This document shows, one piece after another, positions 54,562 through 64,000 of a stretch of 64,000 bases of DNA (position 1 is its first letter; the number at the start of each line of letters is the position of its first letter). The position numbers and the translations under genes were made by a program. The notes below the pieces were generated by a model. The model saw only the letters and a list, made by a program, of their open reading frames with translations, had not been told where the DNA came from and did no database searches. Source of the stretch: a virus (Duplodnaviria > Heunggongvirae > Uroviricota > Caudoviricetes); the IMG/VR virus record IMGVR_UViG_3300042298_002704; one strand, written 5' to 3'.

Positions 54562-55131
54562 TTAGTCCTTTCCCATTGCTATCAATTTTTGAAGGTTTTC
54601 TTCTGTCATTTTATTAATCGTCGAATAATCATGATTCCAGCAAGCAAGTTCGAATTTTCTACGACGGGAATGACTTTTTTTGATGTCTTTATTTTTATTA
54701 CCGCAACCCCAACTTGCGCCACAACATCTTCCTAATTTTCGTCCATTCTTGGTTAAGCCTCTTGCATATGAGTACATTCGTAAAGCATTGTTTTTCAAAT
54801 CATCTTTATGTAAACGACCATACTTGTTAATTTCGTAAATCGTTATCTTAGTTGCTTCGTCAAATGTAACTTTACCATCCTTGGTATATTGTTTAATTTC
54901 ATGTCTACGAACCTGACCTTGGTCATTCCACCCGAAGCCAATTGAATATGCTTGTTTACCATTCACAAACCCGTCTTTATACCACCACGAGCGGTATCCT
55001 TCATTCGCTTTAATTTCCCATACCATAATTTGATATGGAGAATATTTTAATTTAGATTCGTCGCTGTTAGGTTTGTTGGCTGCAACGAGAGCAAATAAGC
55101 ATAACGAGCCAAAAATTATGCGTGTTTTCAT
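54562..55131 (-). CDS. Secreted GH24-type lysozyme (T4 lysozyme-like)
   Basis: Signal peptide MKTRIIFGSLCLFALVAA. WEIKANEGYRSWWYKDGFVNGKQAYSIGFG resembles the E…D…T/S-IG-G catalytic core of T4 lysozyme. Confidence 0.55.
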   Translation of the reverse strand: MKTRIIFGSLCLFALVAANKPNSDESKLKYSPYQIMVWEIKANEGYRSWWYKDGFVNGKQAYSIGFGWNDQGQVRRHEIKQYTKDGKVTFDEATKITIYEINKYGRLHKDDLKNNALRMYSYARGLTKNGRKLGRCCGASWGCGNKNKDIKKSHSRRRKFELACWNHDYSTINKMTEENLQKLIAMGKD

Positions 55132-55165
55132 TTGGTTTAACTCCTTTATATTTTGAGGTTTATTT

Positions 55166-55654
55166 TTATAGGGGGATTAATTTCTTATATACCCAATACA
55201 AATCTTCCATCGAACCTTCAAATGTTTGAAAATCAAATGGACTGACATCGAACTTGAATGCTCTATTTAGTTCCAATTCAAGTTCATGTAGTAATTTCAA
55301 CTCATGTTGGCAATGGGCTTCTGCCAGTTTTCTGTTTTCTTTATTCCACTTGGCTCTCCTGACAATGAACCAATCTTCAAAGGCTTCTTTACTTGCAAGT
55401 TTGTTTTTCTGTTTCCATTCAACTTGCTCGTGTTTGAAAAGTTGATTATTTTCTTCAACCATTTGTAAATATGGACTTTCATTAAATTCTCCGTTTCTAA
55501 TACGGTAAAGAATCAAATGTTCATTTTCTCCAAAAGGAACTTTCTTTAACTTCGGTTTTGAAGTAGTTTGACCTTTTCGCCAGTAATTAAATTGGTTGAA
55601 TGACATATAAATATCTTTTAAGATTTTCTTAACATTTGTAAGTAGTAATTTCAA
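55166..55654 (-). CDS. Hypothetical protein
   Basis: 162 aa. Confidence 0.5.
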   Translation of the reverse strand: MKLLLTNVKKILKDIYMSFNQFNYWRKGQTTSKPKLKKVPFGENEHLILYRIRNGEFNESPYLQMVEENNQLFKHEQVEWKQKNKLASKEAFEDWFIVRRAKWNKENRKLAEAHCQHELKLLHELELELNRAFKFDVSPFDFQTFEGSMEDLYWVYKKLIPL

Positions 55655-55798
55655 ACGAAATAAACTACAATTTTAACAAGCATTAACAAAAGTTTAACAA
55701 ATAAAAAACCCCATCCGACTTGTGAAAGTGAACGGGGACATAATAAGTAATTTATTTATTACATTGGCGGAAAATTACAATACTCTGATTTTTTTGGT

Positions 55799-56059
55799 TT
55801 ATACCATATCTAATACATCAGTTAGCCTGCGGCCTGACTTCACAAATAACCAATCCCTTTGAGCAAAGTAGTCCTCAAATGCTGCCAGCAACCGTTCTTC
55901 GTTGCTATAAATATTGAATCGTTCGTCATCCGAAAACTCTCGTTCGGCCCAAGTCTCAAAATAGAGAGCCAATGTGATTCTCGCAAAATGCTTAGATGAC
56001 GCTTCTAAATCGCGGTACTCCATTACATCAACGGGAACGGAAATTGTCTTTTTGCTCAT
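55799..56059 (-). CDS. Hypothetical protein (start trimmed to the Met downstream of the promoter)
   Basis: TACATTTG box and ATTAAC repeats (56138-56153) lie inside the longer track ORF, so the start is likely at 56059. Confidence 0.45.
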   Translation of the reverse strand: MSKKTISVPVDVMEYRDLEASSKHFARITLALYFETWAEREFSDDERFNIYSNEERLLAAFEDYFAQRDWLFVKSGRRLTDVLDMV

Positions 56060-56156
56060 TTTTAAAAATTTAAGTGTGATGCCTTGCGGCGTTTTGTTAG
56101 GACAAATGTACGTTGACGTTTGTAAACAACCAAACTCATTAACAATCATTAACAAA

Positions 56157-56363
56157 TTAGTCTCTCAACAATTGTTTCCCGGTAAATGAACGTTCTTGAA
56201 TCGGATTTGATTGCTTCATCTGCCATTGCAAAAATTCCTCACTTGTGATTGTCATTTCAACCAGTCCGTTTGAAGGTTGAAGGGAATATGATTGCGGAAA
56301 GCCTAATTCATTTATACTTTTCATTTCAGTTGGGTGAACCCAAACTTTGACTTGCCTGTTCAT
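56157..56363 (-). CDS. Hypothetical small protein (trimmed)
   Basis: MNRQVKVWVHPTEMK…. Confidence 0.35.
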   Translation of the reverse strand: MNRQVKVWVHPTEMKSINELGFPQSYSLQPSNGLVEMTITSEEFLQWQMKQSNPIQERSFTGKQLLRD

Positions 56364-56520
56364 TTTGTTTTTCCTTAATTTGGTTATGAAGTTTTTGACG
56401 ATAATTTTCAAGTTCTTCCAGAAAATTACTCGTTTCAATGTAAGTGAAATCTGCCAACCCATACTCACTCAGGAGTTGTTCCAAGGTCAGATTCTTCAAG
56501 TCTTTTTCTAAATTCAGCAT
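56326..56520 (-). CDS. Hypothetical small protein (trimmed)
   Basis: MLNLEKDLKNLTLEQLL…. Confidence 0.35.
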   Translation of the reverse strand: MLNLEKDLKNLTLEQLLSEYGLADFTYIETSNFLEELENYRQKLHNQIKEKQNEQASQSLGSPN

Positions 56521-57127
56521 TGTCTTTTTCGTTTTTGGCGTGACGATATTCTGCCCGAACATAAGCCCAAGTTGGGTTGTCGCCGTGATCTCTGTTTTGC
56601 AGGCTCATATTTGGGCCGGTTTTATTGTAATATAAATAAGCGTGATTGAAACATACCAATTCCATGTTTTCCAATATGCAATTGTCTTTATTTCCATCTT
56701 TCCACATCAACATCAACGGAACTTTATAATCAGTTATTCGTCTTTCATTGAACCCGCAAATATGACATTCTTCAACCATCAAACCTTCTTCAATCAACAT
56801 TTGTTGAAGTTTTTCTTTACTATGAGTATGCTTCCGCCCATTAATAACTTCCAATGCAGTTGCTTTTGGAGCAGTAGAAGTGAAGACGTGGTTTCCTTTT
56901 TTATGAAGGTCAAATAAAGATTTTCCAGTTTCTTTATCAATGTATCTACTCGCATACTTGCGCCAAGTTTCTGGCCTAATCTTTAAATATTTAAAGGCTT
57001 GACGATTGTTTTCGGTAATCGACATAACATAGCGAACCTCTTCTTCCGTAAGGTTGTAAGATTTTCGAGTCCACACGCCTTTGTGTGGGTCTAATTTTTT
57101 ATCATTATAATCAAGTTCTCTATCCAA
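56465..57127 (-). CDS. Putative zinc-binding nuclease-like protein (HNH-like C..C/..CFNH)
   Basis: CHICGFNE … DGNKDNCILENMELVCFNHAYLY. Confidence 0.4.
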   Translation of the reverse strand: MDRELDYNDKKLDPHKGVWTRKSYNLTEEEVRYVMSITENNRQAFKYLKIRPETWRKYASRYIDKETGKSLFDLHKKGNHVFTSTAPKATALEVINGRKHTHSKEKLQQMLIEEGLMVEECHICGFNERRITDYKVPLMLMWKDGNKDNCILENMELVCFNHAYLYYNKTGPNMSLQNRDHGDNPTWAYVRAEYRHAKNEKDNAEFRKRLEESDLGTTPE

Positions 57128-57437
57128 GTTTAGCCTCCAAGCAATGAATAAACCAAGTAAGTGAAGAATAAAATAAACCAGTCCAAACCCATGAAATGGT
57201 TCCTATTTCTAAAAATTGCCCAACGTCAAACAAAAAGAATGCGACAAACCAACCTACCCAAACACCTGTGCAAAGGAAACAACCAAATAAATGCCCAATC
57301 CAACGTAACCCGATAAAATTCCTGTATTCCAAATCTCTCAACCATTTAAATAATGGAAATGTCGATTCGCTTATTATTTGGGTAATATTGTAAGTAATGA
57401 ATACGGAAAAAATAAGTTTGAATATTATAAAATTCAT
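57120..57437 (-). CDS. Membrane protein
   Basis: Three hydrophobic segments. Confidence 0.45.
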   Translation of the reverse strand: MNFIIFKLIFSVFITYNITQIISESTFPLFKWLRDLEYRNFIGLRWIGHLFGCFLCTGVWVGWFVAFFLFDVGQFLEIGTISWVWTGLFYSSLTWFIHCLEAKLG

Positions 57438-57688
57438 TTTCTCGATTTGATTAATTTAAAAGGTACATTGTTTTCTGCTAACCTTTGGTTCAACTTCATC
57501 AATTGTTCTAAGGGCGCAGAAGTTAGTAAAAATTGACCTTGCAGTTGTGCAAATTCAATCGCGGCTTTACTTTTAGCCTCACTCCATTTCATGACAGTCA
57601 TTAAACCATTTTTGATCGGTTCAGTATCTTGTCCGGTTTCGAACTTTAACAAAAGATTATATTTTTCGTCTTTGCAACAATCAACCAT
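57434..57688 (-). CDS. Hypothetical small protein
   Basis: 84 aa. ATGA overlap. Confidence 0.4.
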   Translation of the reverse strand: MVDCCKDEKYNLLLKFETGQDTEPIKNGLMTVMKWSEAKSKAAIEFAQLQGQFLLTSAPLEQLMKLNQRLAENNVPFKLIKSRK

Positions 57689-57803
57689 TGATTTATCCCA
57701 TCTAATGTTTTGTCTACCGATTCAGTTATGACTGAATAAATATTTAGTTTTCCAACCCTGATATAGCCAATGAAATGACCGTTTGAAGGTTTAATGATAA
57801 TAT

Positions 57804-58229
57804 TCACTTATGAAGTCTCCTTTTTCCTGCTTCTTTAACTAACATCTTTCCGATATCATAAACCTTACTGAAATGAGCCAATTCAGGTTCTTTTTCCTTT
57901 TTCGGCTCAGGTTCCTCTACCGGAGGTTCTTCTTCTGGACTTGGTTCTGAGTTAGAACTTCCTTTTTTCTCTTTTTCTTCTTCCGGTTTTTGAGTCATAA
58001 AGGCTTGTAATTGTTCCAACGTATAAGTTTGATTACCAACTTTTATTTGAGTTATATCTCTGTAATCAAACCTATGATCTTTACCATAAACATCGTAACC
58101 AATACCGTCGAGGTTGTCACTCAAATCACCTTTATCTGCAACATCGTACCAAACACTTCCAACACAAACCTTTAAAGGTTTTCTTTGGTCCAAATATTGT
58201 TGTAAAAACCTGTTATCAAAATAATACAT
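57804..58229 (-). CDS. Hypothetical protein with an acidic/Pro-rich C-terminus
   Basis: EPSPEEEPPVEEPEPKKEKEPE. Confidence 0.5.
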   Translation of the reverse strand: MYYFDNRFLQQYLDQRKPLKVCVGSVWYDVADKGDLSDNLDGIGYDVYGKDHRFDYRDITQIKVGNQTYTLEQLQAFMTQKPEEEKEKKGSSNSEPSPEEEPPVEEPEPKKEKEPELAHFSKVYDIGKMLVKEAGKRRLHK

Positions 58230-58367
58230 CTAAATCATTTCCTTTACGTTTTTTCTTTTTAAAATCTTTGTCCTTTTCAAGTTCAGGATTCCAATCTTTT
58301 TTCTTTTTTTTGATTTTTTCTTTTTCAGGAAGTTCTTCAAATTCTTCCCAATCATTCAAATTAACTT

Positions 58368-58667
58368 TCATTTTCTGAACTCTACGTTTTGAAGTCCTGC
58401 AAATAATTTTTCTAACGTATAATTTTTCCCCGTACTGGTAAAAAATTTAGTTGCCTCTAAAATATCCATTCTATCCTTTTGCATTAATGTTTCCATTATT
58501 GCCCAACCTTGGTGTTTGGTGAAAATGGCTTTATTGTAAAAATCATGATCTTTTGGATATGTTCGCAAATAATCAATTCTCCCAAGTTGGTTAGTTTCAA
58601 CTATTAAATCCTCGTCTTTAATTCCCGGCCATTGAGCATAAAAGATTGTTGGTTGTAATTTACTCAT
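58368..58667 (-). CDS. Hypothetical protein
   Basis: 99 aa. Confidence 0.45.
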   Translation of the reverse strand: MSKLQPTIFYAQWPGIKDEDLIVETNQLGRIDYLRTYPKDHDFYNKAIFTKHQGWAIMETLMQKDRMDILEATKFFTSTGKNYTLEKLFAGLQNVEFRK

Positions 58668-58799
58668 CGGAACCTTGATTTTTATTTCTTGAATTCGGGT
58701 AAAAGGTTCGATGTAATAATTCTTTATAAATCATTCGGCGTAAATAAGTTTTCTCATTTTGTTGATTCAACATATTTTTCAATTCTTCTGTTGTATATT

Positions 58800-58975
58800 C
58801 ATGTAGTGGTTTCATTCGTCACTGTTTTAATTGCTTCTTTAAATCTTTCTAAAAACCAATTCGCTTCAAGTTCACTTTCTTGTGCTTGTAATAAAAAGGA
58901 TTGTTTTCCTATTGTTATTTTCGGATGCCAACCTTTTAATGATTTTTGAAGTGAATATTTAATTTCAGGTTTCAT
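58800..58975 (-). CDS. Small ORF (~58 aa), ATGA-coupled to the glycosyltransferase gene
   Basis: ATG at 58975 overlaps the GT2 stop. Confidence 0.3.
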
Positions 58976-60252
58976 TTCAAAGTTATGGGTTCATTTTTAC
59001 AAACAATCAATTCTTTTTCATACGTTTGAAGTGAACGTATTGTTATTTTTAAATTTCCGAGTTCAAATTCCCCAAGTTCGTTTGCTTGGGTTATGATATC
59101 ACTCAAATGTTGAATATTTATAAAGTCAGTTTGATTGAACCTTTGACCGTCAATTTCAACAATTACGTCGGTTTCACACGCACCATACTCCATCTTTGTT
59201 TTCAAATCAAACTTCGTATTATGTTGTTCACGTTTAACATAAGTATCAATAATTTCTTGTTCCAATTCGACATAAACCAATCTGTCGCACCAAGGTTCTA
59301 ATGCTGAAATAAAATCATAACCACAATTTCGAAGAATAAAGCCGATATTTCGTCTATGTTTAGGCATTATAGGATGATGCCATTCGTCATGTTTCGGAAA
59401 TGATTGCCATTTCCTGATGAAATTTAACATTGAATTTCTGTTGTTAAATTCCCATTCTTCTGAACTTTTGCCCGGAGTTGTTAAATATGGATTAAACCTT
59501 GAACCTCTACACGTCATGTGATAACAATATCCTTCACGAGTTTGAACAAATTCAGTTCCGTTTAATAAAAATCTATTCCACAGATCATCGTCTTCTTTGG
59601 ATTGTGGTGTAAACAAGTAATCGTGACCGTTTATTTCTAAAAATTCATCTTTACAAACTGTCCACGGAGCAAAAATTCCAGATGTGGTTCCTTTCAACGG
59701 AACATTAAATTTCATAGGTTGATTTGGATTGAAATTACAAGTATATTCCCAGTTATCTAATCTTGACCAAACATCTAACTGAGCAAATAAACCGTCCTCA
59801 TCAAAACTTTCAGGTTCAATTCCAAAATTACCAACTATCTTTTCCTTCCCACCCGGGTGAAGTGGCGGCTCTATTCGTGTAAGCGACACTATACGGTTTT
59901 TTATCAAATTCTCCCCATCATACATCAACTTTTCAATTTCATCCAATGCTCCCGGACAAAGATACATATCACAATGCCAAACCATTACCAAATCAGTTTC
60001 AACAATGTCTTCGACAATTTTATTGTAAAGAATTGTAAGACCTAACCGTTCTGGTCCTGAATTGACAATATATTTAAAATAGGGGTCTTTTTTGGAAAGT
60101 TCCTCATACCATTCTAATGTTCCATCAGTACAAGCATCAACTGCCGAGCAAATCCAAACTTCGTGGTTTCCTTGATTCTTCCTAATTGAATCGTAACTCC
60201 ACTTAAAATATTTTAAGTTATTTCTGTTGGGGACAATAAGTGAAATTTTCAT
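58972..60252 (-). CDS. Family 2 glycosyltransferase (GT-A fold)
   Basis: ISLIVPNRNN … AVDACTDGT resembles the GT2 N-terminal and DxD region. Confidence 0.65.
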   Translation of the reverse strand: MKISLIVPNRNNLKYFKWSYDSIRKNQGNHEVWICSAVDACTDGTLEWYEELSKKDPYFKYIVNSGPERLGLTILYNKIVEDIVETDLVMVWHCDMYLCPGALDEIEKLMYDGENLIKNRIVSLTRIEPPLHPGGKEKIVGNFGIEPESFDEDGLFAQLDVWSRLDNWEYTCNFNPNQPMKFNVPLKGTTSGIFAPWTVCKDEFLEINGHDYLFTPQSKEDDDLWNRFLLNGTEFVQTREGYCYHMTCRGSRFNPYLTTPGKSSEEWEFNNRNSMLNFIRKWQSFPKHDEWHHPIMPKHRRNIGFILRNCGYDFISALEPWCDRLVYVELEQEIIDTYVKREQHNTKFDLKTKMEYGACETDVIVEIDGQRFNQTDFINIQHLSDIITQANELGEFELGNLKITIRSLQTYEKELIVCKNEPITLK

Positions 60253-60452
60253 TTAACTTTTTCTTTTGCAAGTTGATATAATTCTTCTGGAACTTCGGTG
60301 TTAACGATCATATCATATTCGTCTTTGAAGGGATACAATCCTACTTCTTCCATTAACATTTGAATGACTCTTTCGTTGGGAGTTTCCCATTTCCAATCAC
60401 CATAATACATTGATTTTGCAAATAATTTGCAGATTACTTCGCATTTGTTCAT
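60249..60452 (-). CDS. Hypothetical small protein
   Basis: 67 aa. ATGA overlap. Confidence 0.4.
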   Translation of the reverse strand: MNKCEVICKLFAKSMYYGDWKWETPNERVIQMLMEEVGLYPFKDEYDMIVNTEVPEELYQLAKEKVK

Positions 60453-60485
60453 ATTAAACTTTCGTATTTATCTATAATTTTAGAA

Positions 60486-60863
60486 TCAACATTCAAAATT
60501 TCTCGGCCTTGCATGGTTGGAAATAAAACTTTTATTTGTGTCACAATTTCCTCCCATCTTTTTATAATCACCATCAATTTGCGATTTCAGATTTTTGAAA
60601 CTATTGAAAAACTTTTCTATATCGAAATAACCACAATTATGGTATTTTCTGACAATCATTGGTAAAAAAATTGCTGCAAAATTTTCATGATTGACCGTTT
60701 TATCGTCATTAACAAATGAAACTAAACGATTCGCGCCTATTTCCAATAAACATGATAATTCAAATTGTTGTTCAATATCAAGTCCTTCGATCAATCCAGT
60801 AGATTTCCATTTTTTATAATATTTGATTGCGTCTATTAAAATGATTTCTCGCTTCATTTTCAA
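60486..60863 (-). CDS. Hypothetical protein
   Basis: 125 aa. Confidence 0.45.
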   Translation of the reverse strand: MKMKREIILIDAIKYYKKWKSTGLIEGLDIEQQFELSCLLEIGANRLVSFVNDDKTVNHENFAAIFLPMIVRKYHNCGYFDIEKFFNSFKNLKSQIDGDYKKMGGNCDTNKSFISNHARPRNFEC

Positions 60864-61207
60864 ATTTGTTTAATTATTGGTAAGTTGCCTGAAAACCCTT
60901 CAATTGAATAAATGCTTTCAGTTTCATATTTTTCAATTAGAACCATTTGCAATATCCCATCTTTTCGTATTAACCCAAACGTATAATAATCACCTAAATT
61001 TATGAACTTCCCACTATGATAGCAAACCATTTGCAAATCATTGTATTTTTTAGAAGTCATACGTTGCCATTTAATTTCTTGCATAGTTGGATGTATAGGA
61101 TTCGAACCTATATGGAAAATCTCAGGCATATTTGATATATTACAATTTTCCTCACCGCGAGCGTCTAACCAATTCCGCCAACATCCAATTTTAATTTCAG
61201 TACCCAA
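60860..61207 (-). CDS. Hypothetical protein
   Basis: 115 aa. ATGA overlap. Confidence 0.45.
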   Translation of the reverse strand: MGTEIKIGCWRNWLDARGEENCNISNMPEIFHIGSNPIHPTMQEIKWQRMTSKKYNDLQMVCYHSGKFINLGDYYTFGLIRKDGILQMVLIEKYETESIYSIEGFSGNLPIIKQI

Positions 61208-61229
61208 ACCGTCATTTACGGTTATTTAA

Positions 61230-61802
61230 TTATTTGAATTGTTCTTTAAAATTTTCTACAATTTTGTCTTGAATTTCTGAATCTAACTCGACAGTTCCAA
61301 ATTTTGAACTGGCGGCGGCAAGACGTTCTCCCATTGCAATTTTCTTCCAATTTGAGGCAGTGTCCAAGATCGGAACTTCCTCAGGTTTGGCCTCTTTCGC
61401 AAAAGGAATGTAGATTGTCAAAATTCCATTCTCAAACACGGATTGAATTCCTGTATGGTCAAATTTTGATGTAATTTGCCAAGTAAAATCAAAATCTCGT
61501 TTGATAATGTTCCTTTTAACATAAGTTCGCTTAGATTCATCTTCCCGGTTTGAACGGTTGTATTTGATTCTAAGTTTATCCGATGTTTTAGTTACTTGAA
61601 TATCCTCGCGTTTGGCATCCAAAATTGGAATTTCAAAAACTAAAAATTCATCGTTGAACCAACTGTCTAATGGATAAGGAACCTTTGTTAAATCGCCGAA
61701 AGGTTCAAATACTGATTTCCCTCTGGCTAACTCGTTACGGAATAAAAGGTTCAATTCCTGAAAAAATGGGTCATTTGCGATCCCTGCTCTGTATTGTGTC
61801 AT
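61230..61802 (-). CDS. Hsp20/alpha-crystallin family small heat-shock protein
   Basis: Alpha-crystallin-domain-like IQVTKTSDKLRIKY … GILTIYIPFAKE. Confidence 0.6.
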   Translation of the reverse strand: MTQYRAGIANDPFFQELNLLFRNELARGKSVFEPFGDLTKVPYPLDSWFNDEFLVFEIPILDAKREDIQVTKTSDKLRIKYNRSNREDESKRTYVKRNIIKRDFDFTWQITSKFDHTGIQSVFENGILTIYIPFAKEAKPEEVPILDTASNWKKIAMGERLAAASSKFGTVELDSEIQDKIVENFKEQFK

Positions 61803-61858
61803 TTGTTACCTCCTAAGATGGTTTATGAAATGACGGCTTGGGGTACTGAATATTTTTT

Positions 61859-62077
61859 TTATCGAATAACTGTTTCTTCAAATATTTCAAACAGTGAACG
61901 TTCAGGACAACTAATTATAAACTGAGCATTTTCAAACCAACTCGTCCTTCCCAAAAGTTTCAAATAAATCGTTTTTGTTTCAGAAGGCAAACCTTTTGCT
62001 GCCCCAACAATATCAAAAACGGTGTAACTGTAATTTTTTCCTTTCAACTTGAAAGTATTACCAATTTCAATGTTCAT
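61859..62077 (-). CDS. Hypothetical small protein
   Basis: 72 aa. Confidence 0.4.
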   Translation of the reverse strand: MNIEIGNTFKLKGKNYSYTVFDIVGAAKGLPSETKTIYLKLLGRTSWFENAQFIISCPERSLFEIFEETVIR

Positions 62078-63029
62078 CTTTTAACTCCTTTGTTAATTTA
62101 GTTATAAATATCTTTTCTGAATAAATTTCGTTGTAAGCCTTGAACGCATATTCACTTACATGATCGTAAAAAAGTTTATTTTCTTTTAAATGCTTTGCAA
62201 CTCGCAATGCTTCCTGCATATTTCCTTTCGGAATTGTTAATTCGGGGAACAACAAACGTTGCGCATCGCAGCCTTCTGGGCTTTTATCATCATTTCTTCC
62301 CCAACCCAAACAAGGAATTTTTAACCTTGCACACGCTAATGAAAAACTTCCGGCAGCAAAAGTAGGCATTAGATTGATACCATATTTACGTTTATTCAAT
62401 TCCAAGAACCATTGTTGCCAAGTCATGTAAGGTAAATGGTGTAAATCGACAATTCCATCTTCATTTTCTAACTTTCGACCCATTGACGGGGCAAATACTT
62501 GTTCGCCTAAAAATTGGGCTACAATAAACGAATCCATTCCTCCGTACCAACTACACATATTTCCCGAAATAAGTGAACCTGAACGATTCTCGTGCGGAAT
62601 AGCAGGGATTGAATCTTCAATTAACAAACTTGGAAGCGTATAAACTTTTTTATCCGGAAAAATACCTTTGAAATAAATAACATCTTGCTCGTTATGACAA
62701 TAAATGAAATCTACTTCATTTAAAAACCCTAAGAATTGAAGTTGAGTTTCAATTGGGAAATCTTGATATAGATTTGCTGGCCCTTCCTGCATCCAGCACC
62801 ATTTTTCACAAATGTTTCTGTTTTCCCAGAAAAAATTAATTGCTTTCATGGGTTCTTTTTTAGGAACAATTATGAAACCAAATTCAAACCAAGAATCAAT
62901 TTCTTTGCTTTGGTTAAAATTGAAATGTTCTGCATCTAACCCGACAATCCAGTTAGCATCAGTTCTGCCACCTTGATTTCTGGCTAATTTTCCAGTAAAT
63001 TGATTTTCAGTAAAAAATGCTATATACAT
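62067..63029 (-). CDS. Hypothetical protein (possible GT-B-like glycosyltransferase)
   Basis: 320 aa. C-terminal FAAGSFSLACARLKIPCLGWG. Weak. Confidence 0.5.
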   Translation of the reverse strand: MYIAFFTENQFTGKLARNQGGRTDANWIVGLDAEHFNFNQSKEIDSWFEFGFIIVPKKEPMKAINFFWENRNICEKWCWMQEGPANLYQDFPIETQLQFLGFLNEVDFIYCHNEQDVIYFKGIFPDKKVYTLPSLLIEDSIPAIPHENRSGSLISGNMCSWYGGMDSFIVAQFLGEQVFAPSMGRKLENEDGIVDLHHLPYMTWQQWFLELNKRKYGINLMPTFAAGSFSLACARLKIPCLGWGRNDDKSPEGCDAQRLLFPELTIPKGNMQEALRVAKHLKENKLFYDHVSEYAFKAYNEIYSEKIFITKLTKELKDEH

Positions 63030-63200
63030 GAAATTCCTGTTTCTAATGCTTCTCTAATTTGTTTTGCAGTATAACCTCGGATTGTGAGTTCATCCAAAAG
63101 TTCATATACTGAAACATAATCTAAATAATTTAGATTTTTTTGTTCAAACCATCTACCATAATGCAATTTATTTCCATTGTTTGATTCTTTATTTTTCATA
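63026..63200 (-). CDS. Small ORF (~58 aa)
   Basis: ATG at 63200. Overlaps the downstream start. Confidence 0.25.
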
Positions 63201-63633
63201 TTATTTCAATTTTATCGTAAATACTACATTTAAAAATATTCGTAGGTTCGTTTGTGCATAAATACGGAAAAGTACCAACTTCAAAATCTTTCAATTGAAA
63301 TTCAAGCCCATTATCGTACTCATCATCACTAAAATTGATGTTTAAAATTTCAAATTCGTGTGCTTCTATTTTCATAGTTTCCAAATGAAGTTTTTGCCAT
63401 TTTTGCGTATTATAGTTAAACTGATAACTGCCCATATTAGGTTCAGTCTGAAACGTTGTATATTCAATATTTCGGTTTTTCGCCGTTGTTCGGTCTACCC
63501 AACTGAATTTATATAATCTTAGTTTCTTATTAATAAGATACGAGGTCAAAATTTCATGTATAGACGTAATCATATCATCGTCTTTTGAAGTTAAATAATT
63601 CCTTCCAGTTATATGCAATAAAAGTTGAACCAA
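63196..63633 (-). CDS. Hypothetical protein
   Basis: 145 aa. Confidence 0.45.
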   Translation of the reverse strand: MVQLLLHITGRNYLTSKDDDMITSIHEILTSYLINKKLRLYKFSWVDRTTAKNRNIEYTTFQTEPNMGSYQFNYNTQKWQKLHLETMKIEAHEFEILNINFSDDEYDNGLEFQLKDFEVGTFPYLCTNEPTNIFKCSIYDKIEII

Positions 63634-63726
63634 CTCCTAATACAAAACTTTTGAAGTCAATTCCGCCCATAATAAGGTCAAATCCAAAGGCTAAACCAAA
63701 AATAATCAAAAATGCTGGTTCTATTT

Positions 63727-63984
63727 TCATTTTAAAAATTCTTTTATTGTTTTAATTAAAGGTTCTCTTTCTCTAAAATCTTGACATAACTTCATTTCTT
63801 TATTTAACCAAATAACCAATATGTATCTTCCTTCATGTTCATCGTTTTCATAATAATCATCTAAATAAAAATGTAAGCCTTCTTTCCAACCAAATTGATA
63901 AAAAATGGATGAATCAACGGTATATCGCTCTCCTTTCAAATAATCAAATTGCGCAAGTTCTTTAAGTTGTTCTAATAAAGACAT
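63727..63984 (-). CDS. Hypothetical protein
   Basis: 85 aa. ATG at 63984. Confidence 0.4.
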   Translation of the reverse strand: MSLLEQLKELAQFDYLKGERYTVDSSIFYQFGWKEGLHFYLDDYYENDEHEGRYILVIWLNKEMKLCQDFREREPLIKTIKEFLK

Positions 63985-64000
63985 TCTTTTAAAAATTTAG

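Noticed and set aside
20490-56160. Possibility that the recurring ATTAAC-containing intergenic repeats are a CRISPR array or MITE family
   Set aside because: The repeats are short half-sites with irregular spacing, always upstream of genes and coupled to -33/-7 promoter boxes. There are no regularly spaced identical repeats or spacers and no terminal inverted repeats.

Overview
This 64-kb window is a gene-dense, AT-rich (~35% GC) segment of a large contractile-tailed phage (myovirus-like). Promoter signals and signal peptides indicate a Bacteroidetes (Flavobacteriia-type) host. The left 19 kb, almost all on the + strand, is a late/structural module. It holds the C-terminal half of nicotinamide phosphoribosyltransferase, PhoH, a 1388-aa serine-rich repetitive tail fibre, several large structural proteins, the tail sheath (clear C-terminal sheath motif), a gp19-type tail tube and a small membrane protein. 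Two further tail-tube paralogs on the + strand (20.5-21.9 kb) are interleaved with minus-strand genes and share a duplicated 64-bp intergenic module. From 19 kb to the end nearly all genes lie on the - strand. They are mostly small early-type ORFs, plus a PG-binding/amidase_2 endolysin, an HNH homing endonuclease that looks split over three frames, a SAM methyltransferase, a DUF932-like protein, a PAS-domain membrane protein, a second membrane-anchored amidase_2, a signal-peptide GH24 lysozyme, a GT2 glycosyltransferase and an Hsp20. A tRNA island at 30.5-39.5 kb holds at least 16 foldable tRNAs (all -) plus several atypical or truncated tRNA-like elements. Embedded in it are small ORFs, an SPFH-like lipoprotein and an unrecognised 703-aa protein. 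Two promoter grammars recur. Minus-strand genes and tRNAs sit downstream of Bacteroidetes-type TTTG/TAnnTTTG promoters with upstream phased ATTAAC direct repeats. Plus-strand structural operons are preceded by a conserved GGATATTTATAT motif. All calls are from reading the sequence by hand; no database searches were run.
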